Program-made: the position numbers and the translations under genes | The notes under the pieces: model-generated | Database searches by the model: none | What the model was told of the DNA's origin: nothing | Seen by the model: the letters and a program-made list of their open reading frames with translations, nothing else | Shown here: positions 35,990-44,565 of the stretch, piece after piece | How positions within the stretch are numbered: the stretch's first letter is position 1 | Layout of the letters: every line of letters begins with the position of its first letter | DNA from: an uncultured bacterium | GTDB lineage: Bacteria > Chlamydiota > Chlamydiia > Chlamydiales > Parachlamydiaceae | Direction: 5' to 3' | Assembly (NCBI GenBank): GCA_964513575.1 | Contig: CAZENM010000001.1 | Coordinates: forward strand, 1 to 49,137 | Length of the DNA stretch: 49,137 nt

Positions 35990-37249
35990 TTAAATTAATC
36001 GGGAAGAATTAAACCATGGGGATCCGTCTCCCAGGGGCTCTTGCTCTAAAGGTCTCCCTTTCCAAAACCCACCCTGTCCAACGCCTTGCGGAATTGGTTG
36101 AGATTGCAAGCTATAAAGAAAACACCAAGCATCTGCAATAAAATGGCGAATCAAGGGATTTTCCTCTGCTCGCAGCTCAAATTCTTTTAACTGATGATTC
36201 CAAGAATCCCATTGAACCCGATGAGTTATTTTTTCCTTTCCCTGCGACATTTTCAACCAAAGAAGACGCGCCTCGGCACCTAAGGGTCCCCAATTTTTTG
36301 ACAGTCGGTTATCAGAGGGAAACTGGTTATACAAGTCACAATCGCCCCAATTATTTTTGGGAAAAGTCATTTGAGCTGAATCCCGTTGGATCGGCCAAAG
36401 GCCCTCTCCCATCCGCAATAAACCTTTGTTATGTAAGATTAACAAGGGGGAGTACCCAGGTTCCTTTTTTTGAAGCAAGGGGTTAGGAGAACGAAATTCT
36501 TCCCAAGGATGCCCGGCATAACACGAAACCGCCGACACCGTTCTAATGTTCTCTTTCTGTGAAAGCTCCTGCGAGGATTCGATAAACAACAGGGGAATTT
36601 GCTCGAATGCCTGCTCCATTAATCGCACCTCTTCCAATAATAGCTCGCTGATCGTCCATCTGCGAAAATCAGGATGGTGGAGAAGTGATCGAGGAATAGG
36701 TGTAGCCACCCAATAAATTCCCTTTACGTTTGGCAATGGAGTATTTCGAATAAGTTCGATCAATACCTCTCGATGCGAGGGACTGATCAAATATTTTCTG
36801 CTTTGTAACATCTCTAAAATGGTGTTTTGAAACCGAACCTTAAGGATGACATCTACAAATTCTTTTAGAAACCCTTCGAAAACGAGCGGAGCCCCCCCAA
36901 CACATTTGGTTTGCGGTTCATCACGATCTCCGAAAAGAAGGGTGTCATACCCTAATTCTTTCATTCTATCGATGATTTTTCGAAGATTATGCTGCACTTC
37001 CCCTTCCATAAAATAGTATGGAAGTGATGCGGAAACACCCTCTGAAAGGTGAAACTGATGATCGGAACGAAGCCACGCAACTTTCCGCCTGTGATTAAAA
37101 TCTGATTCTTTGCTAATGTTATTATCTAACAAGGTATGACCTGCATTATGAGTGATTCTATACATCGGACGATTGAAATTCTTCCCTCTCCGGGGGAAAT
37201 TAAGCAAGAACTTCCTCTTCATCGAGAACAAGCAACCTTTATTTCTCAT
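35990..37249 (-). CDS. hypothetical protein (start uncertain)
   Basis: 419-codon ORF with no recognised motif. The longest frame overlaps the divergent DAHP synthase start. Internal candidate starts are TTG 37131 and ATG 37009. Confidence 0.5.
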   Translation of the reverse strand: MRNKGCLFSMKRKFLLNFPRRGKNFNRPMYRITHNAGHTLLDNNISKESDFNHRRKVAWLRSDHQFHLSEGVSASLPYYFMEGEVQHNLRKIIDRMKELGYDTLLFGDRDEPQTKCVGGAPLVFEGFLKEFVDVILKVRFQNTILEMLQSRKYLISPSHREVLIELIRNTPLPNVKGIYWVATPIPRSLLHHPDFRRWTISELLLEEVRLMEQAFEQIPLLFIESSQELSQKENIRTVSAVSCYAGHPWEEFRSPNPLLQKKEPGYSPLLILHNKGLLRMGEGLWPIQRDSAQMTFPKNNWGDCDLYNQFPSDNRLSKNWGPLGAEARLLWLKMSQGKEKITHRVQWDSWNHQLKEFELRAEENPLIRHFIADAWCFLYSLQSQPIPQGVGQGGFWKGRPLEQEPLGDGSPWFNSSRLI

Positions 37250-38203
37250 TCCCGAGATACTGTACGGTCGATATTAAATGGGCATGACAACCGACTTCTA
37301 GCGATCGTCGGACCCTGTTCCATTCACCATTTAGACTCCGCTAAAGAATTTGCCCGCAGGCTAATAAAACTGCAAAAGGAAATCGGCGAATCTTTTTTTC
37401 TAATCATGCGGGTTTATTCGGAAAAGTCACGCACAAAAACGGGATGGAAGGGGCTATTAAATGATCCACACCTTAATGGCACCGAAGATATTTCTACCGG
37501 AATCCAATGGACCAGAAACCTTCTTCTGGAACTTGCAGAACTGGGCATTCCTACAGCAACTGAATTTTTAGACCCATTTTGTTCCCGCTATTACGAAGAT
37601 CTGATTACCTGGGGATGTATTGGAGCCCGCACTTCTGAATCACAAACACACAGACAAATGGCTTCCGGGCTTCCCATGCCGATTGCGTTCAAAAATAACA
37701 CCATGGGATGCATCGAAGTAGCCCTGAATGGATTAATTTGCGCCTGTGGAGAACATCGACGGATTTGTGTCGGTGAAAACGGAAAAATTTGTATCGCTAA
37801 CACACCCGGAAATAAAGATCTTCACATAGCCCTTCGCGGAGGGAAATCCGCGCCTAATTTCGAGAAAAACAACGTAAAAACTGTTTTAGAAGCTCTTAGA
37901 AAATACCAACTTCCGGAAAGACTCCTTATTGACTGCTCACACGGCAATTCTCCAAATAACGAGTTAGGACAAGAACATGTATTTCGTGATGTGATGAAAC
38001 AGATTCTAGAAGGGAACCGTGCCATCAAAGGGGTTATCCTGGAAAGTCACCTGCGCGGGGGGAATCAATCTTTTAACCAATCCCCTCTCCACCCCGAAAC
38101 CTCTATCACAGACGCTTGCCTAGACTGGGATCAGACCGCCGAGCTCCTGCAAACAGCGGCCTCTGAGTTAAAGAAAAAGAGCCTGACAAAATGCGCTATC
38201 TAA
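37136..38203 (+). CDS. aroG: 3-deoxy-7-phosphoheptulonate (DAHP) synthase, class I
   Basis: 'RLLAIVGPCSIH', 'EKSRTKTGWKGL' (KPRT-like), 'IGARTSESQTHRQMASGL', 'IDCSHGNS'. An alternative ATG lies at 37148. Confidence 0.9.
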   Translation: MTCIMSDSIHRTIEILPSPGEIKQELPLHREQATFISHSRDTVRSILNGHDNRLLAIVGPCSIHHLDSAKEFARRLIKLQKEIGESFFLIMRVYSEKSRTKTGWKGLLNDPHLNGTEDISTGIQWTRNLLLELAELGIPTATEFLDPFCSRYYEDLITWGCIGARTSESQTHRQMASGLPMPIAFKNNTMGCIEVALNGLICACGEHRRICVGENGKICIANTPGNKDLHIALRGGKSAPNFEKNNVKTVLEALRKYQLPERLLIDCSHGNSPNNELGQEHVFRDVMKQILEGNRAIKGVILESHLRGGNQSFNQSPLHPETSITDACLDWDQTAELLQTAASELKKKSLTKCAI

Positions 38204-38766
38204 TTCTGGCGGCGTTGCTGCTTACCGGGTGCGGCGGTAAAATCCTTATGGTGCAAACCGACTACCTAAGCCACGAAAACCTCGCCAGCTTTCATGTGGG
38301 CACTCCCGACCCCAGACTTAGGAACCCCCCTCTAGGGCAACGCCTTATCGTCAACTGGTCTATCCCCCACTGGAATCAACTCACTCCCTACACTCTCACC
38401 GTCAAAATACGATTTAAAAACGGTACCTCAACGGAAGAGAACCTTGAAATCCATAAATCCAAAGGCACTTATGTCTTTTCTTTGCTGAATGAAGAGTATT
38501 TTGCTCGCGAGGGATTTAAAACCTACATCGCTACGATCAAATCCGATGGCGCGGTCCTTGAAGAATGGAGGCATCAGCTGTGGGCCAATCTGATCGAAAT
38601 CACCGAAGATGAGGGTGAAGAGGGATACGACAACGAAAGCGAAGAAGAAATCGAAGACACAGACAAAGAAAACTATGACGAACATTTTAAAGGAGAGGGC
38701 GGCCTTCAACGACAAATCGACGATATCACCGACCCTAACCAAACCGAATACAAATACTACTTTTAA
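38191..38766 (+). CDS. lipoprotein with an acidic C-terminal tail
   Basis: 191 aa. Lipobox 'LLLTGCGG' and an acidic tract 'EDEGEEGYDNESEEEIEDTDKENYDE'. Confidence 0.7.
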   Translation: MRYLILAALLLTGCGGKILMVQTDYLSHENLASFHVGTPDPRLRNPPLGQRLIVNWSIPHWNQLTPYTLTVKIRFKNGTSTEENLEIHKSKGTYVFSLLNEEYFAREGFKTYIATIKSDGAVLEEWRHQLWANLIEITEDEGEEGYDNESEEEIEDTDKENYDEHFKGEGGLQRQIDDITDPNQTEYKYYF

Positions 38767-38767
38767 T
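38739..38767 (+). repeat. 29-bp direct repeat, copy 1 (3' end of the lipoprotein gene)
   Basis: ccaaaccgaatacaaatactacttttaat. It is 28/29 identical to 39377-39405. Confidence 0.85.
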
Positions 38768-38779
38768 TAGAAGGGCATC

Positions 38780-39115
38780 ATGGAAACGATCGAATGGCAA
38801 GACTTCGAAAAAATAGAGCTGCTGACAGGCACCATCGTTGCCGTAGATGATTTTCCCGAAGCAAAAAAACCTGCATATAAATTAAGAATCGATCTTGGCC
38901 CCCATATAGGCATTAAAAATTCAAGCGCTCAAATCACCACTCTTTATTCAAAAGAAGACCTGTTAAATAAACAAGTTCTTTGTGTTGTCAATTTTAAACC
39001 CAAAAAAATAGGCCCGTTCATCTCCGAAGTACTAACAACGGGGCTTGTTTTTGAAAATCAGGTTGTGCTGGTGGTACCTGAACGAAAAGTCCCTAATGGA
39101 TCAAAGCTCGCCTAA
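38780..39115 (+). CDS. csaA: tRNA-binding domain protein (CsaA/YgjH-like)
   Basis: 111 aa. '[32 protein letters not shown]...' follows the OB-fold tRNA-binding (EMAP/CsaA) pattern. Confidence 0.85.
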   Translation: METIEWQDFEKIELLTGTIVAVDDFPEAKKPAYKLRIDLGPHIGIKNSSAQITTLYSKEDLLNKQVLCVVNFKPKKIGPFISEVLTTGLVFENQVVLVVPERKVPNGSKLA

Positions 39116-39376
39116 TCGATGAAATAGTCTCTACTGTACATTTAAGATTGTTTAACCCTGAGACGGTGAGTCTGAGAGGCGTAAAGATTGTGCGGTATAT
39201 ACAAAGAAGGCGATTTCACCACAGATATTGCTTGAAATACGCCTGTAGGACACACTAAAATAACAAATTTACCACAGAAGACACAGAGGAGCACAGAGGG
39301 GGAGAGAGTTCGCAGTACCCTCTTTGATAAAATTGTCTTCTGTGTGTATGCTGCAGACACTTTTTACCTCCCCGCC

Positions 39377-39405
39377 CCAAACCGAATACAAGTACTACTT
39401 TTAAT
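39377..39405 (+). repeat. 29-bp direct repeat, copy 2 (non-coding)
   Basis: ccaaaccgaatacaagtactacttttaat. It would encode the same PQTEYKYYF* ending. Confidence 0.85.
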
Positions 39406-39450
39406 AAAAAAGGCGATACACAAACAATTTTTGAAGTCGTTTGTGTATCG
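39403..39450 (-). terminator. rho-independent terminator of the outer-membrane protein gene
   Basis: Perfect 12-bp stem cgatacacaaac/gtttgtgtatcg (39414-39425 / 39439-39450) with a 13-nt loop. On the - strand it is followed by ccTTTTTTaTT. Confidence 0.6.
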
Positions 39451-39464
39451 ATTTAATCCGTTCC

Positions 39465-40718
39465 TCAACCTGTTTGAAAAGAAAAACTAAAACCATCTGC
39501 AGCAGAGCCACAGCCGTTTGTTGCTGTAACTGTAATCCCAGCTTGCCCCAATCCACCCACAAAAGTAAGCAAGACCACACCGGCTGAGTTAACACTAGCA
39601 GTCACCTGGCTAGGATCCGCAGAGACGACCGACCAAATGAGATTCGTTCCGGTAAAATACGAAGAAACATCATAATTATAGACGGCTCCAGGGATCTCTA
39701 ATTGATCTGGTATTTGTGAAACAAGCGCAGCAGGAATACAGACCGGAGGAGGCACGGGAGAAATTTTCCTTTGATCACTGACTGCAAGTACAATCGGCAT
39801 GTATACAGCAGGCTCTAACACCCAGCTTGCAAGAGATGAACAAGGAGTCGGTGTACAACATTCTGTATTCGTTGGTCCTTTGCAACAATTTTTACGACTT
39901 CCAAAGTCATAACTAATCATCACACCTCCTGTGGAGACGTTCGGTAAACCATACTTCCCTTGTGTATAACAACCAAAAATCCCCAAGGTATAGGATTGTA
40001 ATGACCCTTCACTCCCTTTTAAGATCTCAGCTCTATAGTAATTATAGGGCTTGCGCACTTCCGCTCTTAGATTAAGGTCAAAACAATTAAAAAATCTCTG
40101 ATTCAAAATGGCTGTGCCTCCAAAACCCTTTAGGTTTTGAATGAAATCGTATTTATTTTTGAATTTCACATGATCGTAGTCAGCTAAAATAGTGATAAGG
40201 GCCCCGCACCAGGGTTTCAAGGAAATTCCCGCACCGACTTCCAAAGCCTCTGAGCCTGCAATATGGCGGTATAAAGTACTTCCGTTACTGAGATGATGTT
40301 CTTTTAAATCCTGACTTATTGCAGAAGAGTAGGCAATATCAACCCTAATATCCCGCAGAAAGCAGTAATCAATAGACGCTTGATATTTACCTCCGACAGC
40401 CCACTGAGGGACCCATTGTTTGACATGCCCATCTTTAAAGTTAAATCCCAGTTTCTGAGTAAGAAACTCCCCACCAATTTTTATCCTTTGCGAAGCAGGT
40501 AAAGAGAAAGCTAAAGAGGCATTCCCCCTAGCAGTTCCATTACCGGCTTCACCTAATAAACCCACCGCCACAGAACCATCCCAAAACTCAGGGTTAAATG
40601 CTAGACGGCCTATTGGAGACAGGTGATTGTCGTATTCGTGGTGGTTTGCATAAGCAGTCGTAGATTGTGCTAGTGCAGTGGCAAGTAATAACAGAGTGAA
40701 ATAAATTGATCTTAACAT
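39465..40718 (-). CDS. outer-membrane protein: N-terminal beta-barrel-like region, Cys-rich linker, C-terminal Ig-like domain
   Basis: 417 aa. Signal peptide MLRSIYFTLLLLATALAQSTTAYA, then alternating-hydrophobicity segments ending in an internal beta-signal-like 'GGVMISYDF'. This is followed by 'NCCKGPTNTECCTPTPCSS' and a C-terminal 'GITVTATNGCGSAADGFSFSF'. Confidence 0.7.
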   Translation of the reverse strand: MLRSIYFTLLLLATALAQSTTAYANHHEYDNHLSPIGRLAFNPEFWDGSVAVGLLGEAGNGTARGNASLAFSLPASQRIKIGGEFLTQKLGFNFKDGHVKQWVPQWAVGGKYQASIDYCFLRDIRVDIAYSSAISQDLKEHHLSNGSTLYRHIAGSEALEVGAGISLKPWCGALITILADYDHVKFKNKYDFIQNLKGFGGTAILNQRFFNCFDLNLRAEVRKPYNYYRAEILKGSEGSLQSYTLGIFGCYTQGKYGLPNVSTGGVMISYDFGSRKNCCKGPTNTECCTPTPCSSLASWVLEPAVYMPIVLAVSDQRKISPVPPPVCIPAALVSQIPDQLEIPGAVYNYDVSSYFTGTNLIWSVVSADPSQVTASVNSAGVVLLTFVGGLGQAGITVTATNGCGSAADGFSFSFQTG

Positions 40719-40816
40719 AGAACTCCAAATTTTTTTTTAAAATATCACCAAAAAAATATTTGAACTAGAAAAAATTGCTGGTGGTTTTTCTCTCAACTTG
40801 GAAAAAGTTTCTAATA

Positions 40817-41248
40817 TTACGAGTGCTGTAAATCAAAAAATTCAATGGCTTTCGTAGCAAATGGAGTTAATTGTGTAAGATCAATGTCAAGAAGGGCAAC
40901 CCAGCGCTCTTCATCCTCAGGAATTAAATCCGGAACTGTGATTGACTCTAAAATAGTGTAGATGATGCCTATGTGATGAAAATGACATCTTTCGCCGTTT
41001 TTATCGTATTCACAGTTTGAGGTTGCGATGGAGAAAAATTCCGATCGAATGACTGCTAGGGCTGTCTCTTCCAAAAGTTCCCGTTTAAGGGTCTCCTCCG
41101 GAGATTCTCCAAATTCAATTCCACCGCCGGGCAATCCCCAAAGACCCTTATATGGCCCAGATTTTTTAAGAGTGAGAAGGATGTTAGAATCTTTTAATAC
41201 AATGCCGTAAGCGCCATATCGACTAATTTGCTTTATTTTTGAACTCAC
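40817..41248 (-). CDS. NUDIX hydrolase
   Basis: 143 aa. Nudix box 'GLPGGGIEFGESPEETLKRELLEETAL' (GX5EX7REUXEEXGU). Confidence 0.9.
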   Translation of the reverse strand: MSSKIKQISRYGAYGIVLKDSNILLTLKKSGPYKGLWGLPGGGIEFGESPEETLKRELLEETALAVIRSEFFSIATSNCEYDKNGERCHFHHIGIIYTILESITVPDLIPEDEERWVALLDIDLTQLTPFATKAIEFFDLQHS

Positions 41249-41424
41249 AGCTCCCCACTTCTAATCTGTTATTAATAGTTTAACAAAAAAGAATATCTCA
41301 CTGATGGCAAATATTCAATAAAATAGAATATAAATTCAGTCATTCCCGCTGAAAAATAAATACATTCAAAACGCCCCGTGAATAAATTAACACAAAGCCT
41401 GACAATTCCTTCGGCCCCCCTGTC

Positions 41425-41469
41425 GGGAAATAACAGTTTTTGCTAGGTCGTGGAGTCGCAGATTTTTTT
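41425..41469 (+). repeat. 45-nt intergenic repeat, copy B
   Basis: gggaaataacagtttttgctaggtcgtggagtcgcagattttttt. It is 40/45 identical to 5052-5096. Confidence 0.75.
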
Positions 41470-41488
41470 GAAACGCACAGGCACAAGC

Positions 41489-41521
41489 AGACTTTTAGAC
41501 ATAAGTCTAAATGTCTTTTTT
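41489..41521 (+). terminator. orphan rho-independent terminator in a 750-bp intergenic region
   Basis: Stem agacttttagac/gtctaaatgtct (11 bp plus 1 mismatch), loop ataa, then TTTTT. No annotated + strand gene lies upstream. Confidence 0.5.
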
Positions 41522-41721
41522 CAATCCTTTGTGGGTTAGCTTTTCGCATTTTTTTAACGCAGAGGGTTACAAAAATGTGAAAAGCTATCTCATAATCTCT
41601 CTAAACAAGCCTGCGAATGTGTTATTTAGGAGGCGCAAAGGTGGGGGGCTTTTTGGGGAGACAACTGCATTGGTTGTATTTGGGACGTAATCTCAAAGGT
41701 ACAAGGATCCACACAAGCTAA

Positions 41722-41883
41722 AGAGGTGATTCCGTAATTAAAATGCCCTGGATTTTAGAGCATTTTTGTCGATTTTTGAAGGGCATTTCGCAGGTAATAT
41801 TGGTTAATATTACCAAGAAATGCCATTCAAAAAGCGACAACAAGGGTCAAAAGACAGGGTATTTTAATTTCGGAATCACCTCT
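41722..41883. repeat. 162-bp imperfect palindrome (MITE-like / long hairpin element)
   Basis: Outer arms agaggtgattccgtaattaaaatgccctg (41722-41750) and cagggtattttaatttcggaatcacctct (41855-41883) pair at 27/29. Inner arms ttgtcgatttttgaagggcatttc...ggtaatatt and aatattacc...gaaatgccattcaaaaagcgacaa also pair. The centre is ggtaatatt-ggtt-aatattacc. Confidence 0.75.
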
Positions 41884-42002
41884 AAAGCATGTGCTACGAA
41901 ACCATTGATATTTTTTCTCGCTTGATATCAGTTTGTATGCAACAATACGCCTAATCTAAAAAAACCATAACAACTTGTTTTTCATCTTTACCCCAGATAG
42001 CC

Positions 42003-42992
42003 ATGAACGATGTCATAAAGGTAAATAACCTCTCTAAAAATTTTGTCGTACGGAAAAATTACCCCGGAATTATAGGAGCCTTCAAAGGTCTATTTTGTTC
42101 GCAAAAACAGGATGTCTCCGCGATAAATGAAATCTCCTTTTCTATAAAACGAGGAGAACGAGTCGCCTTTATAGGCCCTAACGGCGCCGGAAAATCCACA
42201 ACCATAAAAATTCTCACAGGAATCCTACATCCTACATCCGGGATGATCGAAGTATTAGGCTTAACCCCATGGAAAGATCGTCATATTCTTGGATACCAAA
42301 TAGGAACGGTTTTTGGACAAAGAACTCAACTGTGGTATCATTTACCCGCTTCAGACACCTTTGACCTGCTTTCAAAAATTTACGAAATGGATCGTGAAAC
42401 CTATCAAAGACAGTTAAAGTCATTAACTGAAGCTTTTGAGATTGCCCCCCTATTACATAAACCCGTTCGGCAATTATCTCTTGGAGAACGTATGCGCTGC
42501 GAAATTGTCGCAAGCCTACTGCACAATCCACAAATTCTATTTCTTGACGAGCCGACCATAGGTCTAGACATCAACGCGAAGCTGAAAATCCGAGGATTGC
42601 TGAATCAACTCTCCCGCGATCACGGCACCACATTATTTTTGACCTCGCACGACACTGCCGATATTGAACAGGTCTGTGACCGCGTAATTGTCCTAGATAA
42701 AGGAAGCATCATTTTGGATAGTTCCTTGAGAGAGTTGAAAAAAACATACGTAAAAAAGAAAATTCTAACTTTAACCACCGACGAAGAGCGCTTAGAGCTA
42801 AAACTCCCGGGGATAAAAATTTTAGAAAATGCCGATTATCACTTTGTCTGCGAAGTCGATTTATCTAACACACCCATAGAGCAAGTCATTCATGAAGCTC
42901 TAAAGCTGACATCCCTTAAAGACATGACAATCGAAGACCCTTCAATGGATGAAATCATCCGTACTGTTTATGGAACTACACACCATGCTTAA
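42003..42992 (+). CDS. ABC transporter ATP-binding protein (ABC-2 type, COG4586-like)
   Basis: 329 aa. Walker A 'GPNGAGKST', signature 'LSLGERMR', Walker B 'LFLDEPTIGLD', H-loop 'TSHD'. Confidence 0.9.
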   Translation: MNDVIKVNNLSKNFVVRKNYPGIIGAFKGLFCSQKQDVSAINEISFSIKRGERVAFIGPNGAGKSTTIKILTGILHPTSGMIEVLGLTPWKDRHILGYQIGTVFGQRTQLWYHLPASDTFDLLSKIYEMDRETYQRQLKSLTEAFEIAPLLHKPVRQLSLGERMRCEIVASLLHNPQILFLDEPTIGLDINAKLKIRGLLNQLSRDHGTTLFLTSHDTADIEQVCDRVIVLDKGSIILDSSLRELKKTYVKKKILTLTTDEERLELKLPGIKILENADYHFVCEVDLSNTPIEQVIHEALKLTSLKDMTIEDPSMDEIIRTVYGTTHHA

Positions 42993-43773
42993 ATCGGAGA
43001 AATACTTCACAGTCTTTAAGCTCTCGGTGATTCACACGCTAAAAAATCCAAAAGCACTAATGGGTTTAAGCATCTTTCTGATCACCTGCATGGTCATTTT
43101 TGCGCATCTCTGGAAAGTTGCGGCAGCGGCAACCGGCGCTCTTGACCTTAATCCCAATCAATTACTTTGGTATATCGCCTTTAACGAGTGGGTCCTTATC
43201 GCTCTTCCGGAAATACAAGAAGATATGGAGGAAGACTTGCGCTCCGGCCGGTTGGCCTATCTTCTACCCAGACCCATTTCGTACTTGGCCGCAACCTTTT
43301 TCGAGGGGCTAGGAGCGCTGTGTGTTAATCTAATCGTTCTAGGAATTGTTACTTTTACATTCACCTTGTGGCAGATAGGCGAAATGCCGTTTGATGGACC
43401 CGCATTCCTCATCACCCTAGCCATAGGCTTCCTCGCGGGATGCGTGGGGCTTATTTTTAAAATGTTGGTGGGATTGTCCGCCTTTTGGGTTGATCAAGTA
43501 GAGCCTTTTAGCTGGATATGGGAAAAATCATTATTTGCCCTTGGGGGACTCATGCTCCCCTTAGCTGTCTATCCCGAATGGTTACAAACAATTGCTTATT
43601 TAACACCATTTCCTGCTATTTTGGGAGAGCGCAGCGCCCTGGCAATCCACTTCAGCATGACCAATGCTTTATCCATTACCGCCACCCTAGTTTTTTGGGG
43701 TGTCCTGGGACTAGGTTGCCTTGTCCTACTCTATCGTAAGGGACTGCGGATCATCAATGTCGAGGGGGGATAA
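42985..43773 (+). CDS. ABC-2 family transporter permease
   Basis: Polytopic hydrophobic protein directly after the ATPase. ATG 42985 overlaps the ATPase stop (ATGCTTAA). The ORF track starts earlier, at 42949. Confidence 0.75.
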   Translation: MLKSEKYFTVFKLSVIHTLKNPKALMGLSIFLITCMVIFAHLWKVAAAATGALDLNPNQLLWYIAFNEWVLIALPEIQEDMEEDLRSGRLAYLLPRPISYLAATFFEGLGALCVNLIVLGIVTFTFTLWQIGEMPFDGPAFLITLAIGFLAGCVGLIFKMLVGLSAFWVDQVEPFSWIWEKSLFALGGLMLPLAVYPEWLQTIAYLTPFPAILGERSALAIHFSMTNALSITATLVFWGVLGLGCLVLLYRKGLRIINVEGG

Positions 43774-44565
43774 ATGACTTTTTACAAAACGTTCCTGTTT
43801 TTCATCTATCTTTTACGAACAAGTATTCGAGGGTCCATTAGCCTAAGAGGAACGTTTCTTCTTGAATCAACCTTAATGATCGCGAATAATTTGATCTTTC
43901 TATTGATTTGGTGGGTATTCTTCAGGCAATTCAAAGAAGTGGCCGGCTGGACAATGACCGACCTAATAGCCCTTAACGCGATAGGAATGGGGGCGTTTGG
44001 GCTAATGCAGATCTGCTTTGGAGGGGTGAGACAACTTTCTAGAATTGTCCTGAATGGAGATTTAGACCCCTTTATGACTCAACCCAAAAACCTTCTAATC
44101 CACCTGATCGGCTCAAAATCCCAATCAAAAGGGTGGGGAAATCTTTTGACAACGGCCCTTTTGGTGATCATCGGTGGATTCACCTCGCCTACAGCGCTGT
44201 TGATCATTTTAATAGGAATGATTTGCGGATGTTTAGTGTTTACTTCTGTAGGGATCATCGCTCACAGTATGGTTTTTTGGTTTGGGTCTATTGAAACTGT
44301 AGCAAAAAAATACTGCGACTCCCTTTTTCTTTTTGCCCTTTATCCCTCGAATATCTACTCTGGAGCCCTGCAGATTATTATGTTTACAGCGATCCCCGCT
44401 GGAATTATTGGATACCTACCCGTCGAACTTTTACGCGATTTTACTTGGACGAATCTGCTCGCACTGTTGAGCAGTTCAATCGGATTTTGTTGTTTGGCAT
44501 TTTGGTTTTTTAACCTAGGTCTTAGAAGGTACGAATCCGGCAACCAATTTGGTATGCGGCTATAA
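43774..44565 (+). CDS. ABC-2 family transporter permease (second subunit)
   Basis: 263 aa and polytopic. The start abuts the preceding stop (TAAATG). Confidence 0.75.
   Translation: MTFYKTFLFFIYLLRTSIRGSISLRGTFLLESTLMIANNLIFLLIWWVFFRQFKEVAGWTMTDLIALNAIGMGAFGLMQICFGGVRQLSRIVLNGDLDPFMTQPKNLLIHLIGSKSQSKGWGNLLTTALLVIIGGFTSPTALLIILIGMICGCLVFTSVGIIAHSMVFWFGSIETVAKKYCDSLFLFALYPSNIYSGALQIIMFTAIPAGIIGYLPVELLRDFTWTNLLALLSSSIGFCCLAFWFFNLGLRRYESGNQFGMRL

Noticed and set aside
39142-39360. 72-codon minus-strand ORF downstream of csaA
   Set aside because: It covers the CACAGAAG-iteration and inverted-repeat region. It has no RBS or homology pattern and is more likely non-coding.
41340-41549. 69-codon minus-strand ORF
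   Set aside because: It overlaps repeat copy B and the orphan terminator. It is Cys/Leu-rich nonsense-like sequence with no RBS.
41743-41925. 60-codon ORF in the 750-bp intergenic region
   Set aside because: It is the read-through of the 162-bp palindrome. It has no RBS and an implausible composition.
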